A DNA stretch of 64,000 bases from positions 32,001 to 96,000 of the forward strand of contig JAXMNT010000026.1 of assembly GCA_034670305.1 (NCBI GenBank). Direction: 5' to 3'. The translations under genes and the position numbers were made by a program. The notes under the pieces were generated by a model, which did not search any database, was not told where the DNA came from, and saw nothing but the letters and a program-made list of their open reading frames with translations. The stretch's first letter is position 1. Each line of letters begins with the position of its first letter. Positions 47,321 through 56,214 of this stretch are shown piece after piece. Origin of the DNA: Deltaproteobacteria bacterium (lineage in GTDB: Bacteria > Myxococcota_A > Polyangia > Polyangiales > Houyiibacteriaceae).

Positions 47321-48390
47321 GCGAGCGCGAGTTGACCGCGATCGAAGCGAAGTTCGAGGCGCAGAAGATTGCCTTCGGCCCGTTCTACTTTCAGGCGGCG
47401 GTCGCGATCAAAGAGCTCGGACTGTTGGACGCGCTGGTGCGCAAACGTGGGCCCATGACGCCGGCTGCCTTGGCAGAGGCGTGTTCGGTCTCGCTCTACG
47501 CGGCCAAGACGTTGTGCGAGGCGGGCTTCTGCGCCGGGCTGCTGACGCGCGATGCCGAATCCAATGCGTACGAGATCACGAAGGTGGGTCGCTACATTCG
47601 CGCGGATCGCATGACCGAGGTCAACTTCAACTTCACCCAAGAAGTTTGTTATGCGGGGCTCGCGCGCCTCACCGAATCGTTCCGAACCGGCCGGCCCGAA
47701 GGACTCAAGGTGTTCGGCGACTGGCCGACCGTCTACGAAGGGCTCTCCGAGCTGCCGGATGGGGTCAAGAAGGCCTGGTTCGAGTTCGACCAGTTCTACT
47801 CCGACGACGCATTCATCTGCGCGCTCGATCTCGTGTTTGCGGGTTCGCCGCGGCACGTGCTCGACATCGGTGGCAACACCGGCAAGTGGGCGGAGGCCTG
47901 TTGCAAGCGCGACCCCGACGTCGAAGTCACGTTGGTGGACCTGCCGGGCCAGCTCCAAGTCGCCGAGGCGCGGCTCGGTGCACAACCGTTCGCGGAGCGC
48001 GTTCGCTACGCGGAGGTCGACTTGCTGGACGACGCCCAGAGCCTGCCGACCGGCGCCGACGTGGTGTGGATGAGTCAGTTCCTCGACTGCTTCGGAGACG
48101 ACGAGATTCGCTCCATTTTGACGCGGGTCCACCAGGCCATCGACGACGACGCCACCGTCTACATTCTCGAGCCCTTCTGGGACAACCAAGAGTTCGAAGC
48201 GGGCCGGTTCTGCCTCGTCGGCACGTCGCTCTACTTCAGCTGCATCGCGAACGGCAACAGCAAGATGCTCGGCATCGACGAGATGACCGAACACGGCCGC
48301 GCGACCGGTTTCGAGCTCGTCAGCGCGCACCCGCTTCTCGGCGACTCCTACCACACGCTGCTCAAGCTGAAGAAACGCGCCGCCGCATAG
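47317..48390 (+). CDS. SAM-dependent O-methyltransferase (Methyltransf_2 type)
   Basis: AQKIAFGP, LDIGGNTG, DLP, WMSQFLDCF; ATGA overlap with the ACP gene. Confidence 0.85.
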   Translation: MSERELTAIEAKFEAQKIAFGPFYFQAAVAIKELGLLDALVRKRGPMTPAALAEACSVSLYAAKTLCEAGFCAGLLTRDAESNAYEITKVGRYIRADRMTEVNFNFTQEVCYAGLARLTESFRTGRPEGLKVFGDWPTVYEGLSELPDGVKKAWFEFDQFYSDDAFICALDLVFAGSPRHVLDIGGNTGKWAEACCKRDPDVEVTLVDLPGQLQVAEARLGAQPFAERVRYAEVDLLDDAQSLPTGADVVWMSQFLDCFGDDEIRSILTRVHQAIDDDATVYILEPFWDNQEFEAGRFCLVGTSLYFSCIANGNSKMLGIDEMTEHGRATGFELVSAHPLLGDSYHTLLKLKKRAAA

Positions 48391-48435
48391 AGCGGCGCGC
48401 GTGGGGTCGGGTCGCCGTGGCCTGCGCTCAGCTCC

Positions 48436-49644
48436 TCATCCCACCAGCGCGTCGAGCTTCGCTTCGATCGTCTTCGCGCTCATCACGCCTTTGTAGACGT
48501 AGAGCGCCGCGCTCTTGGACTCGGCGAGCAGCTTCTCGCTGACTCGGAGCCGGGTCGATGCGGCGAAGAGCATCGGGACCGCGAGCCCTTTCTCCGCGAG
48601 TTCGACGCGTTTGAAAACCGCGTCTCGGCTCCAGTATCCCATGACTTCCAAGTACACAGTCGACTTGCCCTTGCGGAAGACCAGGTCGGGCACGCACTCG
48701 CCGACGCCGGGCAACGAGACCACCGCTTCGGCCGGCTCGCACGCCCACTTGCTCGTGCCCTTTTCGTGGCGGGCGGCCATCTTGGCGCGAAGCTTCTCGA
48801 CTTCGTCGGGCAACGCGACCGGCGCGCCCTCCCCGTCCTTCTCGCGTCCGCCATCGGCCCGGAACCGGAGCCTCGTGCGCTGTTTGCCCCAGCGGATCTT
48901 CGCATCGAGCGACCACCGGTCGCACGCGCGGATCGCGGGCAAGACGAGCGCGAGCTGCAGCCCGTACTTCGTGACGGACTGCAGCAAGCTGAACGGTCCG
49001 TCGATCGTGATGCGGTAGCCCTTGGCTTCGGGGAGCGGCTCGATGCGGTAGAGCAGCCGCCGGAACTTCATGGTGCGGAAGAGCGCGCGGTAGCCGGCGG
49101 CGTCTTGGCTCTCGACCTCGACCGTCACAGACTCCGCCCGCAGCAGCACCGCTTGCACCTGCGAACGTTCCCAGTGCACCGCGACCTCCGCACCGCTGAT
49201 GTCGTCGAACGCGAGCAGACGGTGGGCGCTCTTGAGGTCCGCGAAGAGCAGCCGCTCCACCTCCTCGGCGGTGACCGAGTGGCTCGAAGCGATCTCGGCC
49301 AACAGCGCATCGCGGTCGAACGCGTCGCTGCGGCGCGCGTCGGCCGCGCGCGTGAAGACCTCTTGCCGGAGCGCGACGGGATCGAGCTTCGTCTGCACTT
49401 CGAAGTCGCAGCGGTCGAGCACCAACTTCCGCAGGCCATCGGCGAGTTTGACGTCGCGGTTGTCCACCTTCACGTGGCCCATCGCTTCGAGCACTTCGCT
49501 GCGGCTCTCGCCCACCGAGGCCCGGGCGATGGTCACGTACCGCGCCGCGATCTCCGCTGCCCGGCTGCGGATCTTCGTGTCCATCTTGCGGAGTTTGAGT
49601 TCCCCGTCCCGCTTGGTGGCCAGCACGTGGTCACTTGTAAGCAA
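48436..49644 (-). CDS. DUF790 family nuclease (Bax1-like)
   Basis: TTG start MLTSDH; LFADL, IDGP.SL..V.KYG..LA, VPDLVF..VYLEVMGYW (PD-(D/E)xK-like). Confidence 0.8.
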   Translation of the reverse strand: MLTSDHVLATKRDGELKLRKMDTKIRSRAAEIAARYVTIARASVGESRSEVLEAMGHVKVDNRDVKLADGLRKLVLDRCDFEVQTKLDPVALRQEVFTRAADARRSDAFDRDALLAEIASSHSVTAEEVERLLFADLKSAHRLLAFDDISGAEVAVHWERSQVQAVLLRAESVTVEVESQDAAGYRALFRTMKFRRLLYRIEPLPEAKGYRITIDGPFSLLQSVTKYGLQLALVLPAIRACDRWSLDAKIRWGKQRTRLRFRADGGREKDGEGAPVALPDEVEKLRAKMAARHEKGTSKWACEPAEAVVSLPGVGECVPDLVFRKGKSTVYLEVMGYWSRDAVFKRVELAEKGLAVPMLFAASTRLRVSEKLLAESKSAALYVYKGVMSAKTIEAKLDALVG

Positions 49645-50995
49645 CGTGGTCTCTCCGTCGTTCGCTGGTGTAGGCCTCGCCGGTCTGGGCGGTGATGATC
49701 TCGTAGAGGGTGGCGCGTTTGTCGCCCACCTTGCGCAGGATGCGGCCGAGCCGCTGCACGTGTTCCCGCACGCTGCCGCTGCCACTGACAACGATCGCCA
49801 CGTTCGCGTCCGGCACGTCGACGCCTTCGTTGAGCACCCGGCTCGTGACCACCGCGCGGTACCGGCCCGCCGCCAGGCCCTCGAGCACTTCGCTGCGTTC
49901 GCTGATCTTCGTCTGGTGGGTGATGGCCGGGATCAAGAACCGGCGACTGATCTCGTAGCAGGTGGCGTTGTCCGACGTGAACACGATCGCGCGGTCGTCG
50001 CAGTGTTCCTCGAGCAGGTTGCCGACGTAGTCGAGCTTGGCTGGCGCCGCGAACGCGAGCTGTTTCTGTTTGCGGTAGCCCGCCATCGCGCGGCGGCCTT
50101 CGTCGCTTCGGGCGCTGCGCTGGATGAACTCGCTCCAGCCCTTCTTCGAGCCCATGCGGATGCCTTGGCTGCGCAGAAACGCCAGATAGATCGCACGCGC
50201 CTCTTCGTACTCCTGGCGCTCTTCAGGAGAGAACTCCACCTGGATGTGGATGGTCTCGTAGTCGGCGAGGTAGTCGCCGCTCATCGCGACGATCTCTTGC
50301 CGGTAGCAGATGGGCCCGATGAGCGCGTCGATGACTTCTTCGCGGCCATCCTCGCGTTCCGGAGTCGCGGTCAACCCGAGCCGGTACGGCGCCAGACAAC
50401 AGCGGGCCGCGAGCGCGTAGCTCTCGCCGGGCAGGTGGTGGCACTCGTCGAACACCACGATGCCGAACCGGTTGCCGAGGTGCTCCATGTGGATGTACGC
50501 AGAGTCGTAGGTGGTGACGGTCAGATCCTCGACGGTGTGGTCGCCGCCGCCGACGATGCCCACCGGTCGGTCGAACGCGGTGCGCAAGTTGTCGTGCCAC
50601 TGCCGCACCAGGTCGAGCGTGGGCGCCACGACCAGCGTGCTCCGCCGAAGCGCATCGATCGCCATCATCGCCACGTGGCTCTTGCCGGCGCCGGTCGGGA
50701 GCACCACGAGCCCGCGGCCCTGCGCGCCCCGCCAGGCCTTCAGCGCTTCGTCCTGGTACGGGCGCGGCGTTCGGCGCACGCGGAGTCCCTCGTCCAGGGT
50801 GGTGTAGGCGCGCGCTTCGTCCTCGTAGGGCTCTTTGCGCTGGTGCAAGCGCAGCAGGATCGGCGCGTAGTCGATCGCCGCGGCGCGGTGGCACGCAGCC
50901 CGCGGATCCCAGACACACTCGGGCGGCGTGCGCGGGTCGCCACGCTCGAGACCGTGCAGCTCCAGCGTGCCCTGGACGAACCTGAGCGTGATCAT
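49631..50995 (-). CDS. XPB/Rad25-like superfamily 2 helicase
   Basis: RPYQ, LPTGAGKS, DECHH, LGLTATP, VLNEGVDVPDA, QRLGRILR. Confidence 0.9.
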   Translation of the reverse strand: MITLRFVQGTLELHGLERGDPRTPPECVWDPRAACHRAAAIDYAPILLRLHQRKEPYEDEARAYTTLDEGLRVRRTPRPYQDEALKAWRGAQGRGLVVLPTGAGKSHVAMMAIDALRRSTLVVAPTLDLVRQWHDNLRTAFDRPVGIVGGGDHTVEDLTVTTYDSAYIHMEHLGNRFGIVVFDECHHLPGESYALAARCCLAPYRLGLTATPEREDGREEVIDALIGPICYRQEIVAMSGDYLADYETIHIQVEFSPEERQEYEEARAIYLAFLRSQGIRMGSKKGWSEFIQRSARSDEGRRAMAGYRKQKQLAFAAPAKLDYVGNLLEEHCDDRAIVFTSDNATCYEISRRFLIPAITHQTKISERSEVLEGLAAGRYRAVVTSRVLNEGVDVPDANVAIVVSGSGSVREHVQRLGRILRKVGDKRATLYEIITAQTGEAYTSERRRDHVAYK

Positions 50996-51071
50996 CGAAA
51001 CGGTCGTAGCAGAAGTCGAGGCCCGCACGCGAACCTCCTCGTCCTGTCCGCCCGAGGGTTGCGGATTGCGG

Positions 51072-51992
51072 ATGGCTCCGCGCCGAGTCCTCGCGTACCG
51101 TGGCTGGCAGCCGATGAGTGAATGGATCGAGGACGAAGTCGTCCGCACCCACCCACCCCCGACGGCCAAGATCCGACTGGACGGCGACGGGGTCGAGTAC
51201 TGGCCCAACGTGGCGACGCGGGTCGTCGCGCCGTGGAACACCATCTTCGGAGTCGCGCTGGTCCCGCTCGAATCGCCGACCCGCGCCTACATCTTGGTGC
51301 CGCGCAAACCACCGGCGCCCCCCTGGCTCCTGGTCACCCCGTCGGACCTGCCCAAAGACCTCGCCCACGAAGGACTCGCAGGTCTGGGCAAGCGGGTCCG
51401 CGAACGGCTCGGCCAGCGGGGTTACCGAGACGCGGGTCCGACCCGGCCGTTGCTCGACAGCGACACCCTCATGTCCAAGGTGCTCGATCGCGCCGAGGTG
51501 CCCGGCGCGCTCGAGGTCCCCGTCGCGGCTGGCCCTGGGGGCTGGTGGCGGCGCTCCCTCGACTTCTTCGCCGCCGGCTCGGCCGGCGGCCTCGCGGGCC
51601 TCTACGCGGGAGGGCTCACCGGGAGCATGGTGGTCGCCGCCGGCATCGCGCTCGGCGGTGCGGTGCTCGGCGCATCGGTCCCCGTCGTGCTGGCCAGCAA
51701 CTGGCGCTCTGTCCGAAGACGCCGCACCCGGCCACGGGTCTTGGTGCTCGCACCCGATGGCTGCGTGGTCGGCCTTCCCTCGGGCCCAAGGGCGTTCAGC
51801 TGGCCCGAGGTGGCGCGCTTCGAAGCCGGCGCCCAGCCGACGCCGCAGAAGCCACTCGGCCCCGACCGACCGTGTTTGGACGTCTACCTGCAGGGCGGCG
51901 AGTGCGCGGGCCGCATCGACGGAGCCTGGTTCGCCGAACCGCTGGAGTTGATCGTGGCGGTCGCCGAGGCGTACCGGGTCCGGCACCAGTAG
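51072..51992 (+). CDS. Hypothetical membrane protein
   Basis: Long ORF with a central hydrophobic hairpin, divergent from the helicase gene. Confidence 0.6.
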   Translation: MAPRRVLAYRGWQPMSEWIEDEVVRTHPPPTAKIRLDGDGVEYWPNVATRVVAPWNTIFGVALVPLESPTRAYILVPRKPPAPPWLLVTPSDLPKDLAHEGLAGLGKRVRERLGQRGYRDAGPTRPLLDSDTLMSKVLDRAEVPGALEVPVAAGPGGWWRRSLDFFAAGSAGGLAGLYAGGLTGSMVVAAGIALGGAVLGASVPVVLASNWRSVRRRRTRPRVLVLAPDGCVVGLPSGPRAFSWPEVARFEAGAQPTPQKPLGPDRPCLDVYLQGGECAGRIDGAWFAEPLELIVAVAEAYRVRHQ

Positions 51993-52063
51993 CCGGAGCA
52001 CTGCTGCGGGCGCTCGAACGCGTGCGCTGCGGGCAGGCCCCAAGATGCGAACTCGCGTCGGCA

Positions 52064-52097
52064 CAAAGAAAAGAGGCGCCCCTTTCGGAGCGCCTCC
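52064..52097 (-). terminator. Rho-independent terminator
   Basis: Minus strand reads GAGGCGCTCC-GAAA-GGGGCGCCTC-TTTTCTTT. Confidence 0.8.
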
Positions 52098-52126
52098 CTT
52101 CTCGTTGGTTGTGCTGGCTCGAGGCT

Positions 52127-53419
52127 CTAGGCGCCGCCGATGCCGATGCCCACGCACATCGAGTCGCGGCAGAACTCCCGCCGTCCGCACACGGTGCCGC
52201 AGTCCCCGCAGTTCTCGGGATCGTTGCGGGTGTCGACGCAGGTGTCGCCGCAGCTCGTGAGCGGCGGGCGGCAGAAGATGTCACCCGCCCGGCATTCGCC
52301 GCGGGTGCAGGTCTCGAGGTCGGCACACACGACGCCACAGTCACCACAGTTGTTCTCGTCCGTGTTGGTGTCCACGCACGAGCCGTCGCAGTCGGTCAGA
52401 CGGCCGCCGCAGTCGGCGATGCACTCGCCGAGGCGACACGACTCACCGTCGGCGCACGCCATGTCGCAACCGCCGCAGTGCGCGGGGTCGGTGCGGGGAT
52501 CGACGCACATGTCGCCGCAGGAGATGCCGCCGTCGCCACAGTCGAGCGTGCATGTACCGCCGGTGCAGACTTCGCCCGCCCCGCAGGCCATGCCGCAGCC
52601 ACCGCAGTGAAGCGGGTTGGTGTTGGTGTTCGTGCAGACGCCGCGGCAGTCGACGCCGCCGCGCGGACACGTGCAGGCGCCGTCGAGGCAACGGGCGCCG
52701 TCCGCGCAGACCACATCGCATCCGCCGCAGTGATCGGGATCGCCGCTGGTGTCGACGCAGGAGCCGCCGCAGTCGGTGTCGCCGTCTGCGCACATCGCCG
52801 CGCAGTCGCCACCGTCACAGACTTCGCCCGCGTCGCATGCGTTGCCGCAGCGACCACAGTTCATCGGGTCTTCGTCCAGCACCACGCAGGCATCCGAACA
52901 CTCGACCGCATCGCCGACGCACGCACACGCGCTGTCGCGGCAGACCGAATCGGCCGCGCATGCGTTGCCGCAGCGACCGCAGTTCTCGTCGTCGCTGGCG
53001 AGCAGGGTGCAGACCCCATCGCAGTCCGTCGTGCCGCGGGGACACGCGTCCGAACAGCTGCCAAACGCACAGACCTGCTCCGAGCCGCACGCAATGTCGC
53101 AGCCGCCGCAGTGCGCGACGTCGGAGCGGAAGTCCACGCACACGCCGTCGCAGTCCGCTTCTTCGGCGCCGCACTCGACCATCATGCCGGCGTCTTCGCC
53201 GCCGCCCGCGTCTTCGCCGCCGCCGGTGTCTTCGCCGCCACCGCCGTCGTCGGAGTCACCGGCGTCTTCGCCGCCGCCGCCGGTGTCGACCCGCAATGCG
53301 TCCACGCCGCCCGCGTCGCCGTCCGGGGGGGTGTCGTCGTCGCCGCACCCCGTGAACGCCAAGCCCAACATCAAAACCGCCGCAAGCCCCACCCGGGAGC
53401 CGCCATTAATCCAACCCAT
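52127..53419 (-). CDS. Cys-rich repeat lipoprotein (MXAN_6577/STIG1-like repeats)
   Basis: GGAGG RBS, lipobox FTGC-GDDD, eight C..CVD..D..(H/N)CG.C..C....C..G.C repeats. Confidence 0.9.
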   Translation of the reverse strand: MGWINGGSRVGLAAVLMLGLAFTGCGDDDTPPDGDAGGVDALRVDTGGGGEDAGDSDDGGGGEDTGGGEDAGGGEDAGMMVECGAEEADCDGVCVDFRSDVAHCGGCDIACGSEQVCAFGSCSDACPRGTTDCDGVCTLLASDDENCGRCGNACAADSVCRDSACACVGDAVECSDACVVLDEDPMNCGRCGNACDAGEVCDGGDCAAMCADGDTDCGGSCVDTSGDPDHCGGCDVVCADGARCLDGACTCPRGGVDCRGVCTNTNTNPLHCGGCGMACGAGEVCTGGTCTLDCGDGGISCGDMCVDPRTDPAHCGGCDMACADGESCRLGECIADCGGRLTDCDGSCVDTNTDENNCGDCGVVCADLETCTRGECRAGDIFCRPPLTSCGDTCVDTRNDPENCGDCGTVCGRREFCRDSMCVGIGIGGA

Positions 53420-53559
53420 GAATCCCACCTCCAAAGGACCAGGGTATCGCGGAGGGAAGCGGCTCGCCAGAACGAGGTGATCGGAGCCTCGAGCACGGCG
53501 GATCGGGCCACACAGCCATCCGTCGCCGTTTGGCGGCATCCTGCTAGAGTCAGCCCGCC

Positions 53560-54333
53560 ATGTTCGGCATCGGTTTCGGAGAGATGATGATTGTCGCGGT
53601 CGTGCTGCTCATCGCAGTGGGCCCGGACAAGATGCCGAAGCTGATGAAGGCGGTCGGCAAGGGCCTGCGCCAGGTGCGCAGCGCGTCCAACGAGCTGCGC
53701 AAACAGTCCGGCATCGACGAGCTGATGCGGGAGGATCCGGTCGGTCTCAAGGAGCTGCAGCGGGATCTCGCCCGCAAGCCTGGCCCGCGCCGGGCGGAGA
53801 AGCTCTCCGCCGACGATCTGGAGCGGGAGCAACCCGCCGAAGGCGTGGACCTCGCAACCGCGCGCCGCCAAGCCGAGGAGTTGCGGCTCCAGGAGGAGAT
53901 CGCGCAGGCCGAGCAAGCGGCCCTGGAAGACGGCGACGGCGAGCCATCGGACGAGGCAGCGCCGGAACCCGTGGCTCATGTGCCCGTACCCCATGTGCCG
54001 GTGGGCCGCGCTCCGGTTCCCCCGGCTGAGCCGAAGATCGAACACACCCGGATCGCGCTGCCGGGCCTCGAGCCGATGGCCAAGTCGGGGCCCGCGTCGG
54101 TGCCGCCGCCCTCCCCGTCGGTGCCCCCGCGTTCCCCGTCGGCCGCGGCGCCGTCGCCGCCTTCGCCCTCGGTGCCGCCGCCCTCGCCATCGGTGCCGCC
54201 GCCCTCCCCGTCGGTCGCGCCACCGCCGCCCGCCGCTGCGCGCAAGCGTCGAGACGACGCGACGATGGAGCTCCAGACCGAGGACGTGGAGTACTTCGCG
54301 CCACCGAAGCTGCCGCCGGAGCCGCCCAAGTGA
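53560..54333 (+). CDS. tatB: Twin-arginine translocase subunit TatB with a Pro-rich tail
   Basis: MFGIGFGE..L.AVGPDKMP; directly upstream of tatC. Confidence 0.85.
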   Translation: MFGIGFGEMMIVAVVLLIAVGPDKMPKLMKAVGKGLRQVRSASNELRKQSGIDELMREDPVGLKELQRDLARKPGPRRAEKLSADDLEREQPAEGVDLATARRQAEELRLQEEIAQAEQAALEDGDGEPSDEAAPEPVAHVPVPHVPVGRAPVPPAEPKIEHTRIALPGLEPMAKSGPASVPPPSPSVPPRSPSAAAPSPPSPSVPPPSPSVPPPSPSVAPPPPAAARKRRDDATMELQTEDVEYFAPPKLPPEPPK

Positions 54334-55175
54334 CCGTGAAACCAGCGGCGCTCCCTTCGGGCGACGGCGACCCCGCGAACCCGGAAGACGACGTGGAGAT
54401 GGGGTTCTTCGAGCACCTCGCCGAACTCCGCACGCGTTTGGTGCGCTCGGTCTATGGCGTGGTGCCCTGCATCGCCGTGGCGTGGCTCTTCAAGGAGTAC
54501 CTGCTCGAGTGGATCCTCGATCCCCTCGTCGCCGCGTACGCCGCCCTCGGCATCGAGCCGGAGATTCACTTCAAGAACCTCGTCGACCCGTTCTTGGCCT
54601 ACTTCAAGATCTCCATCGTCACCGGGTTGCTCGCGGCGTCGCCGTGGATCTTCTACCAGCTCTGGGGGTTCCTCGCGCCGGGCCTCTACCGCAAAGAGAA
54701 GCTGCTCGCGATCCCGTTCGTGCTCGTCTCCACGATCTGTTTCGTAGGCGGCGGCCTCTTTGGCTACTTCATCGTGTTCCCGATGGGGTTCGAGACGTTC
54801 CTCAGCTACGCGGGCGAGTTGCCGTCGCAGAACATCCGCATGCAGCCGACGATCATGATCGACGAGTACCTGACGTTCTCCACGCGGCTCTTGCTCGCGT
54901 TCGGGCTCGTCTTCGAAGTGCCCGTCGTCGTCACCTTCATCTCGGCGATCGGCCTCGTCACTTGGCGCGGGCTACTGAAGTTCGCCCGCTGGTGGATCCT
55001 GGTCGCGAGCTTCCTCGCCGCGTTCCTCACCCCGCCGGATGTCGCTTCCCAGCTCATCATGCTGGTGCCGCTCGTGGTGCTCTACTTCATGTCCATCGGC
55101 ATCGCGTTCCTGATCGACAAGCGCCGTGAGAAGAAGCGCGGCAAAGACCCCGACGACGGCAAGTTCGAGCGCTGA
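54330..55175 (+). CDS. tatC: Twin-arginine translocase subunit TatC
   Basis: HLAELRTRL, YQLW.F.APGLY..EK, FE.P, TPPD. Confidence 0.95.
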   Translation: MTVKPAALPSGDGDPANPEDDVEMGFFEHLAELRTRLVRSVYGVVPCIAVAWLFKEYLLEWILDPLVAAYAALGIEPEIHFKNLVDPFLAYFKISIVTGLLAASPWIFYQLWGFLAPGLYRKEKLLAIPFVLVSTICFVGGGLFGYFIVFPMGFETFLSYAGELPSQNIRMQPTIMIDEYLTFSTRLLLAFGLVFEVPVVVTFISAIGLVTWRGLLKFARWWILVASFLAAFLTPPDVASQLIMLVPLVVLYFMSIGIAFLIDKRREKKRGKDPDDGKFER

Positions 55176-55194
55176 CCCGGAGCGGTGAGCCCGA

Positions 55195-56214
55195 TCAGTG
55201 TGCAGGCTCGGCCGCGTCCCCGAGCCGGTCGACCGCCCTGGCCAAGCTCGCTCCGGACGTGGGGAGCAGGCGGGTCGCCTCGCGTTGATCGCTCGAGCCG
55301 ACCCAGATCGCGCCCGTCGGCCCAGCCTCTACCCGCCCCACCCTGACCTCGCCGAGAAGCGCATCGCGCATGCCGTAGAGGCGGGCTCCACAGACGGGCT
55401 CCGATTCGGCCAGGTCCGGAGCGCCGCCCTCTCCGAGCGCCCCCTCCACCGAGAGCCCGAAGATCGCCCGCATCAACCGGTCGTAGTCCCGGCGACGGGT
55501 CTCCGGCGCCGCGGAATCGACCCAGCGGGCGCGCGCCGAACGACGCTCGAGCTGGGTGAGCTGAAGCGTCTCTCCGCCCACCTCGATCTCAGCACGCACC
55601 GCATCGTTTGGCGAGACCAGCAGCAAACGACGCTCGACCAGCCGCATCTCGGCGATCTCGAGCTCGTTGAGCAACGTACCGTCGACGAGAAGCACGTCGC
55701 CATCATGGCGCACGTACCGAGACGCGCTGCCATAGGCGCCGATGCCGATCGCGTACTCGTGGGTGCTGCCATCGCAGCGGACACTCAACGTGGCGTTGTC
55801 CGCCGATGCCCCGAGCCCCACGGCGCGCGCCTGCGTTTCGTCCAGCGTGCCGATGTCGCGGATCGCCACGAGCTGGAAGTCCGACGCGACCTCCTCCGCC
55901 CGCTCGTTGCCTCGCAGCCGCGCGGCCCGAAGTCGGCCGGCGCCGGCTTGCTCAGACCCGTGCGGCCCGACGTCCCGAGGCGCGCCGACTTCGAGGTCGA
56001 TCCACACCCGCTCCCCCTCGGTCGTCAGCGCCACACTCCGGTCCCCGTTCTGATAGCGCAGCTCGGTCAGTTGCTCACAGCGGAGCACCACACTCGATCC
56101 TGGCGCCTGCGGCCCAGGTCCCTCGGCCCCCGCCCAGGCGAACACACCGAGACAGATCGCGGCCACGCCGACGTGCAGACCAAAACGCGGGACCTCTGCC
56201 AAATCGCGCGTCAC
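55195..56214 (-). CDS. DUF4340-like protein
   Basis: N-terminal TM helix; last gene of the GldAFG-like operon; GTGA overlap. Confidence 0.55.
   Translation of the reverse strand: MTRDLAEVPRFGLHVGVAAICLGVFAWAGAEGPGPQAPGSSVVLRCEQLTELRYQNGDRSVALTTEGERVWIDLEVGAPRDVGPHGSEQAGAGRLRAARLRGNERAEEVASDFQLVAIRDIGTLDETQARAVGLGASADNATLSVRCDGSTHEYAIGIGAYGSASRYVRHDGDVLLVDGTLLNELEIAEMRLVERRLLLVSPNDAVRAEIEVGGETLQLTQLERRSARARWVDSAAPETRRRDYDRLMRAIFGLSVEGALGEGGAPDLAESEPVCGARLYGMRDALLGEVRVGRVEAGPTGAIWVGSSDQREATRLLPTSGASLARAVDRLGDAAEPAH

Noticed and set aside
52140-53180. Cys-rich repeats as multiheme cytochrome or RiPP precursor
   Set aside because: There are no CxxCH motifs; the pattern fits the common myxobacterial disulfide-rich repeat lipoproteins.
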